64,000 bases of DNA from Gallionellaceae bacterium UBA2239 (GCA_002347615.1 DDYH01000050.1:12753-76752), one strand, 5' to 3'; positions 43,528 to 54,084 are shown, counted from the stretch's first letter. Translations and numbers: made by a program. Notes: a model not told the origin generated them from the sequence alone.

Positions 43528-43680
43528 TGCGTTCCTCGCTTCATTGTTATTTCCGCAGGCCTCAATCTAGTCCCCGCGGATGACAAAACGGTTTCAGTAT
43601 AGACCATGGCCCAAGGAGGACTTGGCCATCAAAGTCTGATATGGTTAGCCGGTTTCCAACCCAAGAAAAGGAGAATCCCC

Positions 43681-44145
43681 GTGACCCGTTTCACCCCCTA
43701 CATCGCCGGCGTCCTGATGCTCGGCGCCGCCGCCCCGTCCCTGGCCGCCGACGAAAGCAAGGCCGACGAGCAGATCAAGTACCGCCAGTCCGCCATGACC
43801 CTGGTGAAGACCTATTTCGGCCCCATGGGCGCCATGTCCCAGGACAAGATGCCCTTCGACAAGGCGAGGGTGGCGCAGTACTCGGAAATCCTCGCCATGC
43901 TGGCCAAGCTGCCCGTGGACCAGTACCCCGCCGGCTCGGAGAAAGGCGACAAGCTGAAGACCCGTGCCAAGGCGGAAGCGTGGACCGACGGCGCCAAGCT
44001 CAAGCAGGTGAACGACAAGTTCGTCCAGGAAAGCGCCAAGCTGGCCCAGGTGGCCAAGGGCAACGACGTGAAGGCGATCAAGGCCCAGATCGGTGCCGTG
44101 GGCAAGACCTGCAAGGCCTGCCACGACGACTTCAAGGAGAAGTGA
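43681..44145 (+). CDS. Class II c-type cytochrome (cytochrome c' / c-556 family)
   Basis: The GTG at 43681 is preceded by aaggag. It has a signal peptide ending PSLAA and IKYRQSAMTL near the N-terminus. The single heme site CKACH lies close to the C-terminus. Confidence 0.8.
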   Translation: MTRFTPYIAGVLMLGAAAPSLAADESKADEQIKYRQSAMTLVKTYFGPMGAMSQDKMPFDKARVAQYSEILAMLAKLPVDQYPAGSEKGDKLKTRAKAEAWTDGAKLKQVNDKFVQESAKLAQVAKGNDVKAIKAQIGAVGKTCKACHDDFKEK

Positions 44146-44196
44146 CCCACCCCACTCCCCTCCCCCGCAGGCGGGGAGGGGATGGGGGAGAGGGAA

Positions 44197-44231
44197 AATA
44201 AAAAAGCGCAGCCGAGGCTGCGATTTTTTGT
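44197..44231. terminator. Bidirectional rho-independent terminator between the cytochrome gene and valS
   Basis: The stem gcgcagcc/ggctgcg is flanked by an A-run (aaaataaaaaa) and a T-run (attttttg). Confidence 0.75.
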
Positions 44232-44249
44232 TGCCTTTCCCTCACCCCT

Positions 44250-44355
44250 GCCCTCTCCCGCACCCGAAAGGGGTGTTCTCGCCGGGTACCCGCCGCGTTG
44301 CGGCGACCACGGCGGAACGGGAGAGGGGGACTTTGGCTCGCTTCGCGAGTTTCGT
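44250..44355 (+). repeat. 106-nt structured repeat, copy 1 (downstream of valS)
   Basis: gccctctcccgcacccgaaaggggtgttctcgccgggtacccgccgcgttgcggcgaccacggcggaacgggagaggggg... aligns with 47295-47400 in the same orientation. The outer inverted repeat is ccctctcccg/cgggagaggg. Confidence 0.8.
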
Positions 44356-44365
44356 TTAACCCGGC

Positions 44366-47143
44366 TTACTTCAGCTTGTCGAACTGGGCCTGGAGCTTCT
44401 CCAGGGTGGCGCCGAAGTTGGCCAGGCGTTCTTTCTCCTGGGCCACCACCGCGGCGGGGGCACGCTCGACGAAGGAGGCGTTGGACAGCTTGGCTTCCGC
44501 TTTGCCGATTTCTCCCTTGAGGCGCTCGATCTCCTTGGACAGGCGGGCCAGTTCGGCCTCCTTGTCGATCTCCACCTGGAGCATGAGGCGGAAGTCGCCC
44601 ACCACCTGCACCGGGGCGTCGGCGTCGGGCAACTCGCCTGCGGCGGCGGTCACTTCGGACAGCTTCACCAGGGCCTTGAGGTAGGGGCCGAAAGCTTCCA
44701 CCGTGGCCTTGTCCCCGAGCACCACCAGGGGCACCCGCTGGGCGGGGGAAAGGTTCATTTCCCCCCGCAGGGTGCGGCAGGCGTTGACCATTTCCTTCAG
44801 CAGGGCGAGGCGGGCTTCGGCGTCCTTGTCCACCTTGGCCGGGTCGGCCTCGGGGAAGGGAGACAGCATGATGGACCCGCTGGACATGCCGGCCAGGGGC
44901 GCCACTTTCTGCCACAGCTCCTCGGTGATGAAGGGGATCAGCGGGTGGGCCAGGCGCAGGATGGCGCCCAGCACCCGCACCAGGGTGCGGCGGGTGGCCC
45001 GCTGCTGGGCCTCGTTGCCTTCGTTGAGGCGGACCTTGGCCAGCTCCAGGTACCAGTCGCAGTACTCGTCCCAGATGAATTCGTACACCGCCCGGGCCAC
45101 CATGTCGAAGCGGTAGGCCTTGAAGGCTTCTTCCACTTCCATCTCCGCCTGCTGCAGGCGGCTGATGATCCAGCGGTCCACCTCGGAATACTCAAGGTAG
45201 CCCTCTCCCCCCTCCCCTCCCCCGCCTGCGGGGGAGGGGAGGTCCAGGCCCACGTCCTTGCCTTCGCAGTTCATCAGCACGAAACGGCTGGCGTTCCACA
45301 GCTTGTTGCAGAAGTTGCGGTAGCCCTCGGAGCGCTGGATGTCGAACTTGATGTCCCGGCCGTGGGTGGCGAGGCTGGCGAAGGTGAATCTAATCGCATC
45401 GGTGCCGAAGGCGGGGAAACCATTGGGGTAGTCGGCGCGGGTCAGCTTGGCGATACTTTCCGCCTGCTTGGGGTTCATCAGGCCGGTGGTGCGCTTGGCG
45501 ATGAGCTCGTCCAGGGTGATGCCGTCGATCAGGTCGATGGGGTCGATGATGTTGCCCTTGGATTTCGACATCTTGTTGCCGTGGGCATCCCGCACCAGGC
45601 CGGTGACGTAGACTTCGCGGAAGGGCACCTTGCCGGTGAAGTGCAGGGACATCATCACCATGCGGGCGACCCAGAAGAAAATGATGTCGAAGCCGGTGAC
45701 CAGCACGCTGGTGGGCAGGTACCTGTCCAGCTCGGGGGTCTTGTCCGGCCAGCCCAGGGTGGAGAAGGGCCACAGGGCGGAGGAGAACCAGGTGTCGAGG
45801 ACGTCCTCGTCCTGGCTCAACTTGGCATTGGGGCCGGCCTTGGCCTGGGCTTCTTCGGCGGTGTGGGCGACGTAGACGTTGCCGTCCTCGTCATACCACG
45901 CCGGGATGCGGTGGCCCCACCACAGTTGGCGGGAGATGCACCAGTCCTGGATGTTTTCCAGCCACTGGTTGTAGGTGCTGGTCCAGTTCTCGGGGACGAA
46001 CTTGATGTCGCCCTTGGCCACGGCATCCAGGCCGGCCTTGGCCATGCCTTCCATGGCCACGTACCACTGGTCGGTGAGCATGGGCTCGATCACCACGTGG
46101 GTGCGGTCGCCCCGGGGCACCATCAGCTTGTGGGGCTTGGTGTCCACCAGCAGGCCCTGGGCGTCCAGTTCGGCCACCAGCTTCTTGCGCGCATCAAAGC
46201 GGTCCAGGCCCTGGTATTCGGCGGGGCCGAAGTCGTTGATGCGGGCGTCCAGGGTGAAGATGTTGATGGGCTCCAGCTTGTGGCGCTGGCCCACCTGGTA
46301 GTCGTTGAAGTCGTGGGCCGGGGTGATCTTGACGCAGCCGGTGCCGAACTCGGGATCGACATAATCGTCGGCGATGATGGGGATGGTGCGCTCGGCGATG
46401 GGCAGGCGCACGTGCTGGCCGATGAGGTGCTTGTAGCGCTCGTCCTCGGGGTGGACCGCCACGGCCACGTCGCCCAGGAGGGTCTCGGGGCGGGTGGTGG
46501 CGACGATCAGGGCGCCCTCGCCTTCTTCCAGCGGGTAGCGGATGTGCCACATGAAGCCGTCTTCTTCCTCGGAGACCACCTCCAGGTCGGAGACGGCGGT
46601 TTGCAGCACCGGGTCCCAGTTCACCAGGCGCTTGCCGCGGTAGATCAGGCCCTCGTTGTAGAGGCGCACGAAGACTTCGGTGACGGCGCGGGACAGGCCC
46701 TCGTCCATGGTGAAGCGCTCCCGGGACCAGTCCGGGGAGGTGCCCAGGCGGCGCATCTGGCGGGTGATGGTGCTGCCGGATTGCTCCTTCCACTCCCACA
46801 CCTTTTCCACGAAGGCTTCCCGGCCCAGGTCGTGGCGGGAAATCTTCTTCGCGTCCAGCTGGCGCTCCACCACGATCTGGGTGGCGATGCCGGCGTGGTC
46901 GGTGCCCGGCTGCCACAGGGTGTTGAGGCCCTTCATGCGGTGGTAGCGGACCAGGGCGTCCATCAGGGTGTGCTGGAAGGCGTGCCCCATGTGCAGGGTG
47001 CCGGTGACGTTGGGGGGCGGCAGCATGATGCAGTAGGCGTCGCGGCCGGGCGTGTTGCCCGCGGCGAAGTAGCCGCTTTCTTCCCAATGCTGGTACCAGC
47101 GTTGTTCGATGTCGCGGGGCTCGAAGCTTTTGGCGAGTTCCAT
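44366..47143 (-). CDS. valS: Valine--tRNA ligase
   Basis: Starts [21 protein letters not shown] at 47143. HIGH-type motif [18 protein letters not shown] motif, and a C-terminal coiled coil. Confidence 0.95.
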   Translation of the reverse strand: MELAKSFEPRDIEQRWYQHWEESGYFAAGNTPGRDAYCIMLPPPNVTGTLHMGHAFQHTLMDALVRYHRMKGLNTLWQPGTDHAGIATQIVVERQLDAKKISRHDLGREAFVEKVWEWKEQSGSTITRQMRRLGTSPDWSRERFTMDEGLSRAVTEVFVRLYNEGLIYRGKRLVNWDPVLQTAVSDLEVVSEEEDGFMWHIRYPLEEGEGALIVATTRPETLLGDVAVAVHPEDERYKHLIGQHVRLPIAERTIPIIADDYVDPEFGTGCVKITPAHDFNDYQVGQRHKLEPINIFTLDARINDFGPAEYQGLDRFDARKKLVAELDAQGLLVDTKPHKLMVPRGDRTHVVIEPMLTDQWYVAMEGMAKAGLDAVAKGDIKFVPENWTSTYNQWLENIQDWCISRQLWWGHRIPAWYDEDGNVYVAHTAEEAQAKAGPNAKLSQDEDVLDTWFSSALWPFSTLGWPDKTPELDRYLPTSVLVTGFDIIFFWVARMVMMSLHFTGKVPFREVYVTGLVRDAHGNKMSKSKGNIIDPIDLIDGITLDELIAKRTTGLMNPKQAESIAKLTRADYPNGFPAFGTDAIRFTFASLATHGRDIKFDIQRSEGYRNFCNKLWNASRFVLMNCEGKDVGLDLPSPAGGGGEGGEGYLEYSEVDRWIISRLQQAEMEVEEAFKAYRFDMVARAVYEFIWDEYCDWYLELAKVRLNEGNEAQQRATRRTLVRVLGAILRLAHPLIPFITEELWQKVAPLAGMSSGSIMLSPFPEADPAKVDKDAEARLALLKEMVNACRTLRGEMNLSPAQRVPLVVLGDKATVEAFGPYLKALVKLSEVTAAAGELPDADAPVQVVGDFRLMLQVEIDKEAELARLSKEIERLKGEIGKAEAKLSNASFVERAPAAVVAQEKERLANFGATLEKLQAQFDKLK
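45200..45241. repeat. REP-like palindrome lying in frame inside valS
   Basis: cccctcccccg-cctg-cgggggagggg (45214-45239). The 42-nt stretch encodes [14 protein letters not shown], between the conserved NKLWNASRF and DRWI motifs. Confidence 0.8.
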
Positions 47144-47294
47144 GGTATATCCGGTATCGTCGGCGAAACCCGGCATTATAACCGAACGATCATGGCGAGT
47201 CGCCGCCCCGGTAATAAGGCAGCAATTCGCCATGATCGTTTGCGAGGTGGGCGGTGTGCCGCCCATCCCTGCCCACTTCCTATCCCCCACCCCA

Positions 47295-47400
47295 GCCCTC
47301 TCCCGCGCCCACAGGGGGTGTTCTCGCCGGGTACCCGCCGCTTGGCGGCGACCTCGGCGGAACGGGCGAGGGAGACGCTGTGTCGCTGCGCGACTTTCGT
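47295..47400 (+). repeat. 106-nt structured repeat, copy 2 (upstream of valS)
   Basis: See 44250-44355. Confidence 0.8.
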
Positions 47401-47412
47401 AATCGGGCGGGG

Positions 47413-47925
47413 TCAGTGAGGCGAGCGGTGATCGTCGCCCAGGGTGTCCAAGTATTGCTGCAATTCGCTGGCCACGGCGTCTTTCACCATGTGCCCGATT
47501 TCCACCCGGAATTGCTCCAGCAATTCCCCCAGGGCCAGGTCCAGCTTGCCGGCGAGGCGGGGGGCGATGCGGTTTTCCACCGCTTCCATCACCCGCTGCT
47601 CCAGGCCGGCGGGGGGGTCGGGAACGGGGGGAACCGGCGCCGCCGGTGCCTCTTCGGAAGCGGCCACAACCGGCGCTTTTTCCGGGGCGACGTCCACGAT
47701 CAGCTCACCCGGAAATTCGACCATCGTTTCCGCCTCTTCCACCACTTCCGTCAGCACCGGAATGGACGAAGTACGCAAAGCCTCTTCCGGCACTTCTTCC
47801 GTCAACACGGGAATGTCCGGTTCAGGCTCCGCGGCGGGCTCCGGCGGCTCCGTCTTGGCGGCGACACCTTCCGCCCGATGCTTGTTCATCAGGGAGTCGA
47901 GCTTGTCGAAGATGTCTTCGCTCAT
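47413..47925 (-). CDS. Acidic Pro/Glu/Ala-rich hypothetical protein
   Basis: 170-aa ORF sitting tightly after holC, with a 2-nt gap. I recognise no family. Confidence 0.5.
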   Translation of the reverse strand: MSEDIFDKLDSLMNKHRAEGVAAKTEPPEPAAEPEPDIPVLTEEVPEEALRTSSIPVLTEVVEEAETMVEFPGELIVDVAPEKAPVVAASEEAPAAPVPPVPDPPAGLEQRVMEAVENRIAPRLAGKLDLALGELLEQFRVEIGHMVKDAVASELQQYLDTLGDDHRSPH

Positions 47926-47927
47926 GG

Positions 47928-48359
47928 CTAGCCCTTGGCGCGGGCGGAGAGATCGTGGGTGCGGATTTCGTAACCCCGGTCCCGGTAGAACTTGTAGCGC
48001 TCCCGGGCCTGTTGCTTATCCTCCTCGTCCTGTCCGACGATTTCCACCAGGCGGTGGAAGCGGCTGTAGAAAGGCGGGGTGCCCGAATGCAGGTTCACCA
48101 GCACGTCGTCCCGGTCGATGTTTTCCGGATTGTGGTCGATCACCACCGGCGTCACCGGGGCCAGCCGATGGCCGCCGCGGCAATGGGGCACGAAGGCCAG
48201 TTGCTGCCAAGTCCACAGCAGCTGGTCCATGCGCTCGGCGGCCTCCCGGTCCTGGGTGTAAACCAGCACCCTCAAGCCCCGCTCCACCGCCTTGGCGGAA
48301 AGGGCGCAGGCCACCTGGTACTTGTCCCCCACGTGGGTATAGAAATCCACCTCGGTCAT
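47928..48359 (-). CDS. holC: DNA polymerase III chi subunit
   Basis: MTEVDFYTHVGDKYQVACALSAKAVERGLRVLVY and ERMDQLLWT are chi-family features. The gene sits in the conserved pepA-holC-valS neighbourhood. Confidence 0.8.
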   Translation of the reverse strand: MTEVDFYTHVGDKYQVACALSAKAVERGLRVLVYTQDREAAERMDQLLWTWQQLAFVPHCRGGHRLAPVTPVVIDHNPENIDRDDVLVNLHSGTPPFYSRFHRLVEIVGQDEEDKQQARERYKFYRDRGYEIRTHDLSARAKG

Positions 48360-48369
48360 GGCGAGACGC

Positions 48370-49884
48370 TTACTTGTGCTCGCCCCGGCGGCGCCCTTCT
48401 TCCGCCACCTGGATCAGGAAGTGGGTCAGCATGGGCACCGGGCGGCCGGTGGAGCCTTTGTCCTTGCCGGACTTGTAGGCCGTGCCGGCCACGTCCAGGT
48501 GGGCCCAGTCGAACTTCTTGGCGAAGCGGGCCAGGAAGCAGGCGCCGGTGATGGTGCCCGCCATGCGGCCGCCGATGTTGGCCATGTCGGCGAAATTGCT
48601 TTTCAGCTGCTCCTGGTAGTCGTCCCACAGGGGAAGCTGCCAGGCGCGGTCGCCGCTGTATTCGCCAGCCCGCAGCAGCTCCCGGGCCAGGGTGTCGTTG
48701 TTGGCCAGCAGGCCGGTGGCGTGGCTGCCCAGGGCGATGACGCAGGCGCCGGTAAGGGTCGCCACGTCCACCACCAGCTCGGGGTCGAAGCGCTCGGCGT
48801 AGGTGAGGGCATCGCACAGGATCAGGCGGCCTTCGGCGTCGGTATTGAGCACTTCCACCGTCTGGCCCGACATGGTGGCGATGACGTCGCCGGGCTTGTT
48901 GGCGTTGCCGTCGGGCAGGTTCTCGCAGGTGGGGATGATGGCGACCACGTTGATCGGCAGCTTGATCTCGGCGATGGCCTTGATGGTGCCCAGGACGCTG
49001 GCCGCGCCGCTCATGTCGAACTTCATTTCGTCCATGTCCGCGGGGGGCTTGAGGGAAATGCCGCCGGCGTCGAAGGTGATGCCCTTGCCCACCAGCACCA
49101 CCGGCTTCTGCTTGGCGACGCCACCGTTGTAATGCAACACGATGAGTTTCGGCGACTGGCGGCTACCCTTGGCCACGGAAAGCAGGGCGCCCATGCCGAG
49201 CTTTTCCATCTCCGCCTGCTCCAGCACCTCGATTTTCAGTTTGTGCGCCTTGGCCAGTTCCTTGGCCTGGTCGGCCAGGTACGACGGGGTGCAGATGTTG
49301 CCCGGCAGATTGGCCAGGTTTTTCATCAGCGCCATGCCGCGGGCGATGGCCAGACCCCGTTCCACCGCTTCTTCGGCGAGGGTCAGCTCGTTGCGGCGGG
49401 TGACGGAGAGGGTGATCTTGCGCAGGGGACGGCGCACTTCCTCCTGCTTGCTCTTCAGCTGGTCGAAGCGGTAGATGGCCTGCATGGCGGACGTCACCGC
49501 CTGCTCGATCTTCCACGCCATGTCGCGCTTTCTCACCCCCAGTTCCGGAAGGTAGAAAGAGGCTTCCATGGAGCCGGTGTCGTTGAGGGTCCTCACCGCC
49601 GTCGCAACGGCATTGCGGTATTCGCCGTCCTTGAACTCCCGCTCTTTGCCCAAGCCCACCAGAAGAACGCGGTCGCACAGGGTGTTGGGGACATTGTGCA
49701 GCAGGAGGACGGAACCGGCCTTCCCTTCCATGTCGCCGCGGCGGATAATGTCGCTCAAATAGCCGTTGGAAATGCGGTCGATCAGGTCTGCGGCGAGGGA
49801 AAGCTTGCGCGGTTCGTAAACCCCCACCACCAGGCATGCCGTGCGCTGTTTTTCCGGGCTACCGCTTTTTATGCTAAATTCCAC
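48370..49884 (-). CDS. pepA: Leucyl aminopeptidase (M17)
   Basis: GTG start preceded by aaggag. Motifs are VGKGITFDAGGISLKP and NTDAEGRLILCDAL. Confidence 0.9.
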   Translation of the reverse strand: MEFSIKSGSPEKQRTACLVVGVYEPRKLSLAADLIDRISNGYLSDIIRRGDMEGKAGSVLLLHNVPNTLCDRVLLVGLGKEREFKDGEYRNAVATAVRTLNDTGSMEASFYLPELGVRKRDMAWKIEQAVTSAMQAIYRFDQLKSKQEEVRRPLRKITLSVTRRNELTLAEEAVERGLAIARGMALMKNLANLPGNICTPSYLADQAKELAKAHKLKIEVLEQAEMEKLGMGALLSVAKGSRQSPKLIVLHYNGGVAKQKPVVLVGKGITFDAGGISLKPPADMDEMKFDMSGAASVLGTIKAIAEIKLPINVVAIIPTCENLPDGNANKPGDVIATMSGQTVEVLNTDAEGRLILCDALTYAERFDPELVVDVATLTGACVIALGSHATGLLANNDTLARELLRAGEYSGDRAWQLPLWDDYQEQLKSNFADMANIGGRMAGTITGACFLARFAKKFDWAHLDVAGTAYKSGKDKGSTGRPVPMLTHFLIQVAEEGRRRGEHK

Positions 49885-49992
49885 GAAATGCTCCTTTTTC
49901 GATAACTTCCGACAGCCAGACCGGCTGCTTTCTCCATAAAGAATAGATTATCTGCGCAGTTTGCGGAAAAAGTCAAAAACACCCCAAAAAAC

Positions 49993-51075
49993 ATGATTTT
50001 CAAGCGAGCACTGTTCCGGGAACTGACCGGGGCCTCGGTGACGGTCTTTTCGACCCTGCTGGCCATCGTGATCACCATTCTGGTGGTACGCTTCCTGGGA
50101 GAGGCCGCCAGCGGCGCCATCACCAGCGCGGCGGTGGCGCCCATGCTGGGCTTCAGTCTGGTGAACTACCTGCCGGTGCTGCTCTCCCTCACCCTGTTCA
50201 TCGCCGTCCTGCTCGCCCTCACCCGCTGCTACCGGGACAACGAGATGATCGTCTGGTTCAGCTCCGGCGTCAGCCTCACCGCCTGGGTGCGGCCGGTGCT
50301 GCTCTTTTCCCTCCCGGTGACCCTGGCCATCTCCCTGCTGTCCTTCGTCCTCGCCCCCTGGGCCCTGGACCGGAGCGCCGAATACCGCCGCCAGATGGAC
50401 AGCCAGGACGAGGTGGCCTCCGTCGCCCCGGGCGTGTTCAAGGAATCCAAGCAGGCGGATCGGGTGTACTTCGTGGAAAACTTCACCCAGGGACAGAAAA
50501 CCGTCGGTAACGTCTTCATCCAGTCGGTGCAGCACGGCAAGCTGGGAGTGATGGTGGCCCAGCAGGGTTACCAGGAGGTGGCCCCCAACGGGGACAAATT
50601 CCTGGTCCTGCTCAACGGGCGCCGCTACGAAGGCCAGGCAGGCAGCCCCGACTTCCGTATCCTGGAGTTCGAACGCTACGCGGTACGTGTGGAACCCTAC
50701 GAAGCGCAGAACAAGGACATTTCCCCCAAGTCCATGACCACCGCCGCCCTGTTCCGCGACCGCACGCCACCGGCCATGGGGGAACTGCTGTGGCGCTTCG
50801 GCCTGCCCCTGAGCGCCATCCTGCTGGCCTTGCTGGCCATCCCCCTGAGCTTCGTCAATCCCCGCGCCGGCCGCTCCCTGAACCTGATCCTGGCGGTGCT
50901 GATCTATATGGTGTACAGCAACTTCATCAGCATTGCCCAGGCCTGGGTCATCCAGCAAAAGATTTCCTTCGCCATCGGGGTATGGGCGGTGCACGCCGTC
51001 ATGGCCGGCCTGCTGCTGCTCCTGTTCCAGCACCGGCTGTCCCTGTATTCGGTTTTCTCGCTCCTGAGACGATAG
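49993..51075 (+). CDS. lptF: LPS export ABC transporter permease
   Basis: MIFKRALFRELTGASVTVFSTLLAIV marks the YjgP/YjgQ family. The gene is divergent from pepA, as in many proteobacteria. Confidence 0.85.
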   Translation: MIFKRALFRELTGASVTVFSTLLAIVITILVVRFLGEAASGAITSAAVAPMLGFSLVNYLPVLLSLTLFIAVLLALTRCYRDNEMIVWFSSGVSLTAWVRPVLLFSLPVTLAISLLSFVLAPWALDRSAEYRRQMDSQDEVASVAPGVFKESKQADRVYFVENFTQGQKTVGNVFIQSVQHGKLGVMVAQQGYQEVAPNGDKFLVLLNGRRYEGQAGSPDFRILEFERYAVRVEPYEAQNKDISPKSMTTAALFRDRTPPAMGELLWRFGLPLSAILLALLAIPLSFVNPRAGRSLNLILAVLIYMVYSNFISIAQAWVIQQKISFAIGVWAVHAVMAGLLLLLFQHRLSLYSVFSLLRR

Positions 51076-52149
51076 ATGCGAATTCTTCACCGTTACCTGG
51101 CCCATGAAGTTCTCGGCGGCACCCTGCTGGTGCTGTCCGGCCTGCTGATGCTGTTTGCCTTCTTCGACCTGATCAACGAACTGGGCGACCTGGGCAAGGG
51201 CAACTACAGCCTGGCACGGATCCTCGGCTTTGTGCTGCTGTCCTTGCCAGGCCACGTTTACGAACTGCTGCCCATCGCCGCCCTGATCGGTACCCTTTTC
51301 GCCCTCTCCCAATTGGTGGCCCATTCCGAATTCACCGTCATGCGCGCCTCCGGCATGTCGGTGTCCCAGGTGGTTCAAAGTCTGGTGAAAGGCGGAACGG
51401 TGGTGGTGGTGCTGACCCTGCTGTTCGGAGAACTGATCGCCCCCGCCAGCGAAAAAGCCGCCCAGCAGGTGAAACTGAAGGCAACCAGCACCCTGGTTGC
51501 CCAGAAGTTCCGTTCCGGCCTGTGGGTGAAGGACGCCAGCAACTTCGTCAACGTGCGGGAAATGCTGCCGGACTCGACCCTGCGGGGCATCAGTATCTAC
51601 GAATTCGACCGCAACGCCCAGTTGCGCACCATCAGCCATGCCGAAAAAGGGGTATTCCAGGCGGAAAACCGCTGGAAGCTGCACATGGTTTCCCAGACCC
51701 TGTTCCAGGGCAACACCGCCCGCACCATCAGGCTACCGGAAGCCGAATGGCGTTCCGAGATCAACCCGGACCTGTTGGGAGTGCTGCTGGTCGTGCCGGA
51801 GCAGATGTCGGCCTGGAACCTGTTCTTCTACATCCAGCACCTGAGGGAAAACCAGCAGAGCACCACCCGCTATGAGATCGCCATGTGGGGCAAGCTGTTC
51901 TACCCCTTCGCCTCCTGGGTGATGATGCTGCTGGCCCTCCCTTTCGCCTTGGTCCATGCCCGGGCCGGCGGCGTCAGCGCCAAGATTTTTGCCGGCATCA
52001 TGCTGGGCCTGGGCTTCCACCTGCTCAACCGGATTTTCGCCCACCTCGGGCTGCTGGAAGCGTGGCCGCCCCTGTTCAGCGCGGTATTCCCCTCTTTGGC
52101 TTTTTTGGGGGTGGCTGTGACGCTGATGTGGTGGCAGGAACGGCGATAA
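51076..52149 (+). CDS. lptG: LPS export ABC transporter permease
   Basis: MRILHRYLAHEVLGGTLLVL marks the YjgP/YjgQ family. The gene directly follows lptF. Confidence 0.85.
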   Translation: MRILHRYLAHEVLGGTLLVLSGLLMLFAFFDLINELGDLGKGNYSLARILGFVLLSLPGHVYELLPIAALIGTLFALSQLVAHSEFTVMRASGMSVSQVVQSLVKGGTVVVVLTLLFGELIAPASEKAAQQVKLKATSTLVAQKFRSGLWVKDASNFVNVREMLPDSTLRGISIYEFDRNAQLRTISHAEKGVFQAENRWKLHMVSQTLFQGNTARTIRLPEAEWRSEINPDLLGVLLVVPEQMSAWNLFFYIQHLRENQQSTTRYEIAMWGKLFYPFASWVMMLLALPFALVHARAGGVSAKIFAGIMLGLGFHLLNRIFAHLGLLEAWPPLFSAVFPSLAFLGVAVTLMWWQERR

Positions 52150-52171
52150 CTTAACCGCCGGAAATGGAAGT

Positions 52172-52585
52172 TTATTTCTTGGTGACCAGGCGGGTGCCGG
52201 CCAGGCGATCGTGAAGAAACTGGCGGTCCCGGTCGAAAAAAGCCCACAGGACGCTGACTCCCAGCAGGCACAGCCAGGCCAGGGCGAAGCGCCGCATCGC
52301 CTGCATCAGGGTCAGCGGCTTCCCATCGACGGATTCCAGCCGGATATGCCAGGTTTTCATGGCCAGCGTCTGACCGCCATGGAGCCAGAACCACAGGTAG
52401 TAGGCGGCGATCACCCCCACCAGGTAGGCCTGAAAAAAGGGCCGCATCTGGAGCTGACCGGCGTAGCGCGTCAGGGCCACGAAGAGAAAACCGGCTATGA
52501 ACACCACCGCCACCACCAGCACGGCATCGTAGGCCATGCTCATCAGACGGCGCCAGACACCCGGCACGGACAAAGAATCGGTCAT
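52172..52585 (-). CDS. RDD-family membrane protein
   Basis: Start at the ATG at 52585 (MTDSLSVPGVWRRLMSMAYD). It has three TM segments, and FFDRDRQFLHDRLAGTRLV is typical of the RDD family. Confidence 0.7.
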   Translation of the reverse strand: MTDSLSVPGVWRRLMSMAYDAVLVVAVVFIAGFLFVALTRYAGQLQMRPFFQAYLVGVIAAYYLWFWLHGGQTLAMKTWHIRLESVDGKPLTLMQAMRRFALAWLCLLGVSVLWAFFDRDRQFLHDRLAGTRLVTKK

Positions 52586-52595
52586 CGGTAAGGCT

Positions 52596-53126
52596 TTACT
52601 GTTGAACCGGCGCAGAGGGGACGGCGGAAGCCCCCTCCGGAACCGGGGATTCGGGTTGCGGAGGGGGGACGGCAGGCGCAGGCGCAACCGCTTCCACGGG
52701 GCGATCGCTCCATTTCCGCCGGATCTCCTGCCGCCTCTCCGGAGGGAGCTGGTACAGCTTGACGAACTTGTGACGGGCCTTTTCACGCTGCTCAGGGGTA
52801 AGCTTGCTCCACTCCTCCAGGCGCGAGCGCACGCGCTCCTTTTGCTCCGCGCTCATTTTTGGATAGCGCTTGGCCATCATCAGCAGGCGCTTGCGCTGCT
52901 GGGGAAGCAGGCGGTTCCATTCCGGCGCCAGGGGGGCCAGAACACGTTTCTGCTCAACGGTGAGATCCGCCCACAGCAGGGCCTCGGCCGGCTTCGGCGC
53001 CGCCACCGCCGCCTCGGGCTTGGCGGCCGGGGGAGCCTCGCCGAGAACGGGGACCACCACCACCGCCAGCACCAGCATCAGCGCCAGGGAAACGGCGATC
53101 AGCCCTCGGAGGAATCGTCCAGCCAT
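52596..53126 (-). CDS. DUF3106-family protein
   Basis: Signal/TM segment followed by repeated W..L.PEQR-type motifs (WNRLLPQQRKRL, WSKLTPEQREKARHKF, LPPERRQEIRRKW). Confidence 0.7.
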   Translation of the reverse strand: MAGRFLRGLIAVSLALMLVLAVVVVPVLGEAPPAAKPEAAVAAPKPAEALLWADLTVEQKRVLAPLAPEWNRLLPQQRKRLLMMAKRYPKMSAEQKERVRSRLEEWSKLTPEQREKARHKFVKLYQLPPERRQEIRRKWSDRPVEAVAPAPAVPPPQPESPVPEGASAVPSAPVQQ

Positions 53127-53488
53127 GTGTCCTCGTCTTCGTCCAGATAGGCCTGGATCGGCAGGTCGCTGGAAAGCAGGCCCATGTCGATGCCCGCCAC
53201 CTCGGACACCTCCTCGATGAAATTGTCCTGGGGCCGGCTCTGCCAGTAGAAGGAAAAAGACAGCGCCGCCATCAGCAGCAGCATCGGCAGCAGATAGCCG
53301 TAACGGCCACGAAAACCCCCGCCGGCAATGCCCGCCCACACCGGCTCCGCAACATAGGCCGGCTCCCGGTAGGCTTGCAGTGCCTTCTCCCGCCCCTGGG
53401 CGAGCCGGGCGAGGGCATCACGGTCAATCTGCGTCAAGCCGCGATTCAGGTGGCCAGCCAATATTCGGCCGAACTCGCGCTCGTTCAT
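53099..53488 (-). CDS. DUF3619-family protein (putative anti-sigma partner)
   Basis: The ATG overlaps the sigma gene stop (ATGA). LTQIDRDALARLAQGREKAL followed by one TM helix is typical of the sigma/DUF3619/DUF3106 trio. Confidence 0.65.
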   Translation of the reverse strand: MNEREFGRILAGHLNRGLTQIDRDALARLAQGREKALQAYREPAYVAEPVWAGIAGGGFRGRYGYLLPMLLLMAALSFSFYWQSRPQDNFIEEVSEVAGIDMGLLSSDLPIQAYLDEDEDTWLDDSSEG

Positions 53489-54084
53489 AAGCTGATTCCT
53501 TTTTTCTCCAGCAACGCCGCTAACGCGTGCGCCGCCCTGGAACAATGAGTTTTCACGCTCCCTTCGGAGCACCCCATGGCAGCGGCGGTAGTGGCGACAT
53601 CCATATTTTCCCAGTAACGCAAAAGGAAGGCCTCCCGTTGACGGGCCGGCAGATTTTTCAGCGCATCCTCGATGGCATCCAATACCTGGGCGCTTTCCGC
53701 CAGCCTCGCCGGATCTTGGAAATGATTCGAATCGGATTCGGCCTGAAGAGTTTCCAGGGGGTCCCGCTCATCGTCGTCGCCGTCGCCGGAAAAAAGCGAC
53801 GACAGGGGCATGGTCCAGAAGTTGCGCACCTTCTGCCGCCGGTAATAATCCCGAATGGTGTTTTGGATGATGCGATGAAACAGCAGGGGCAGTTCCTCCG
53901 CCGGCCGTTCGGCGTATTTGTCGCTGAGCTTGAGCATGGAATCCTGGACGACATCCAAGGCCGCCTCCTCGTCCCGGACGGCGAACATCGCCTGCTTGAA
54001 AGCGCGCCTCTCGACTCCTTTGAGGAACTCGGAAAGCTCCCGATGCGTAGCCAGTTTTCCACCCCGATGTCTGCAACCGGGCAA
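53485..54084 (-). CDS. ECF-type RNA polymerase sigma-70 factor
   Basis: Region 2 (FHRIIQNTIRDYYRRQ) and region 4 (LPARQREAFLLRYWENMDVATTAAAMGCSEGSVKTHCSRA). The start codon is uncertain. Confidence 0.8.
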   Translation of the reverse strand: MPGCRHRGGKLATHRELSEFLKGVERRAFKQAMFAVRDEEAALDVVQDSMLKLSDKYAERPAEELPLLFHRIIQNTIRDYYRRQKVRNFWTMPLSSLFSGDGDDDERDPLETLQAESDSNHFQDPARLAESAQVLDAIEDALKNLPARQREAFLLRYWENMDVATTAAAMGCSEGSVKTHCSRAAHALAALLEKKGISL

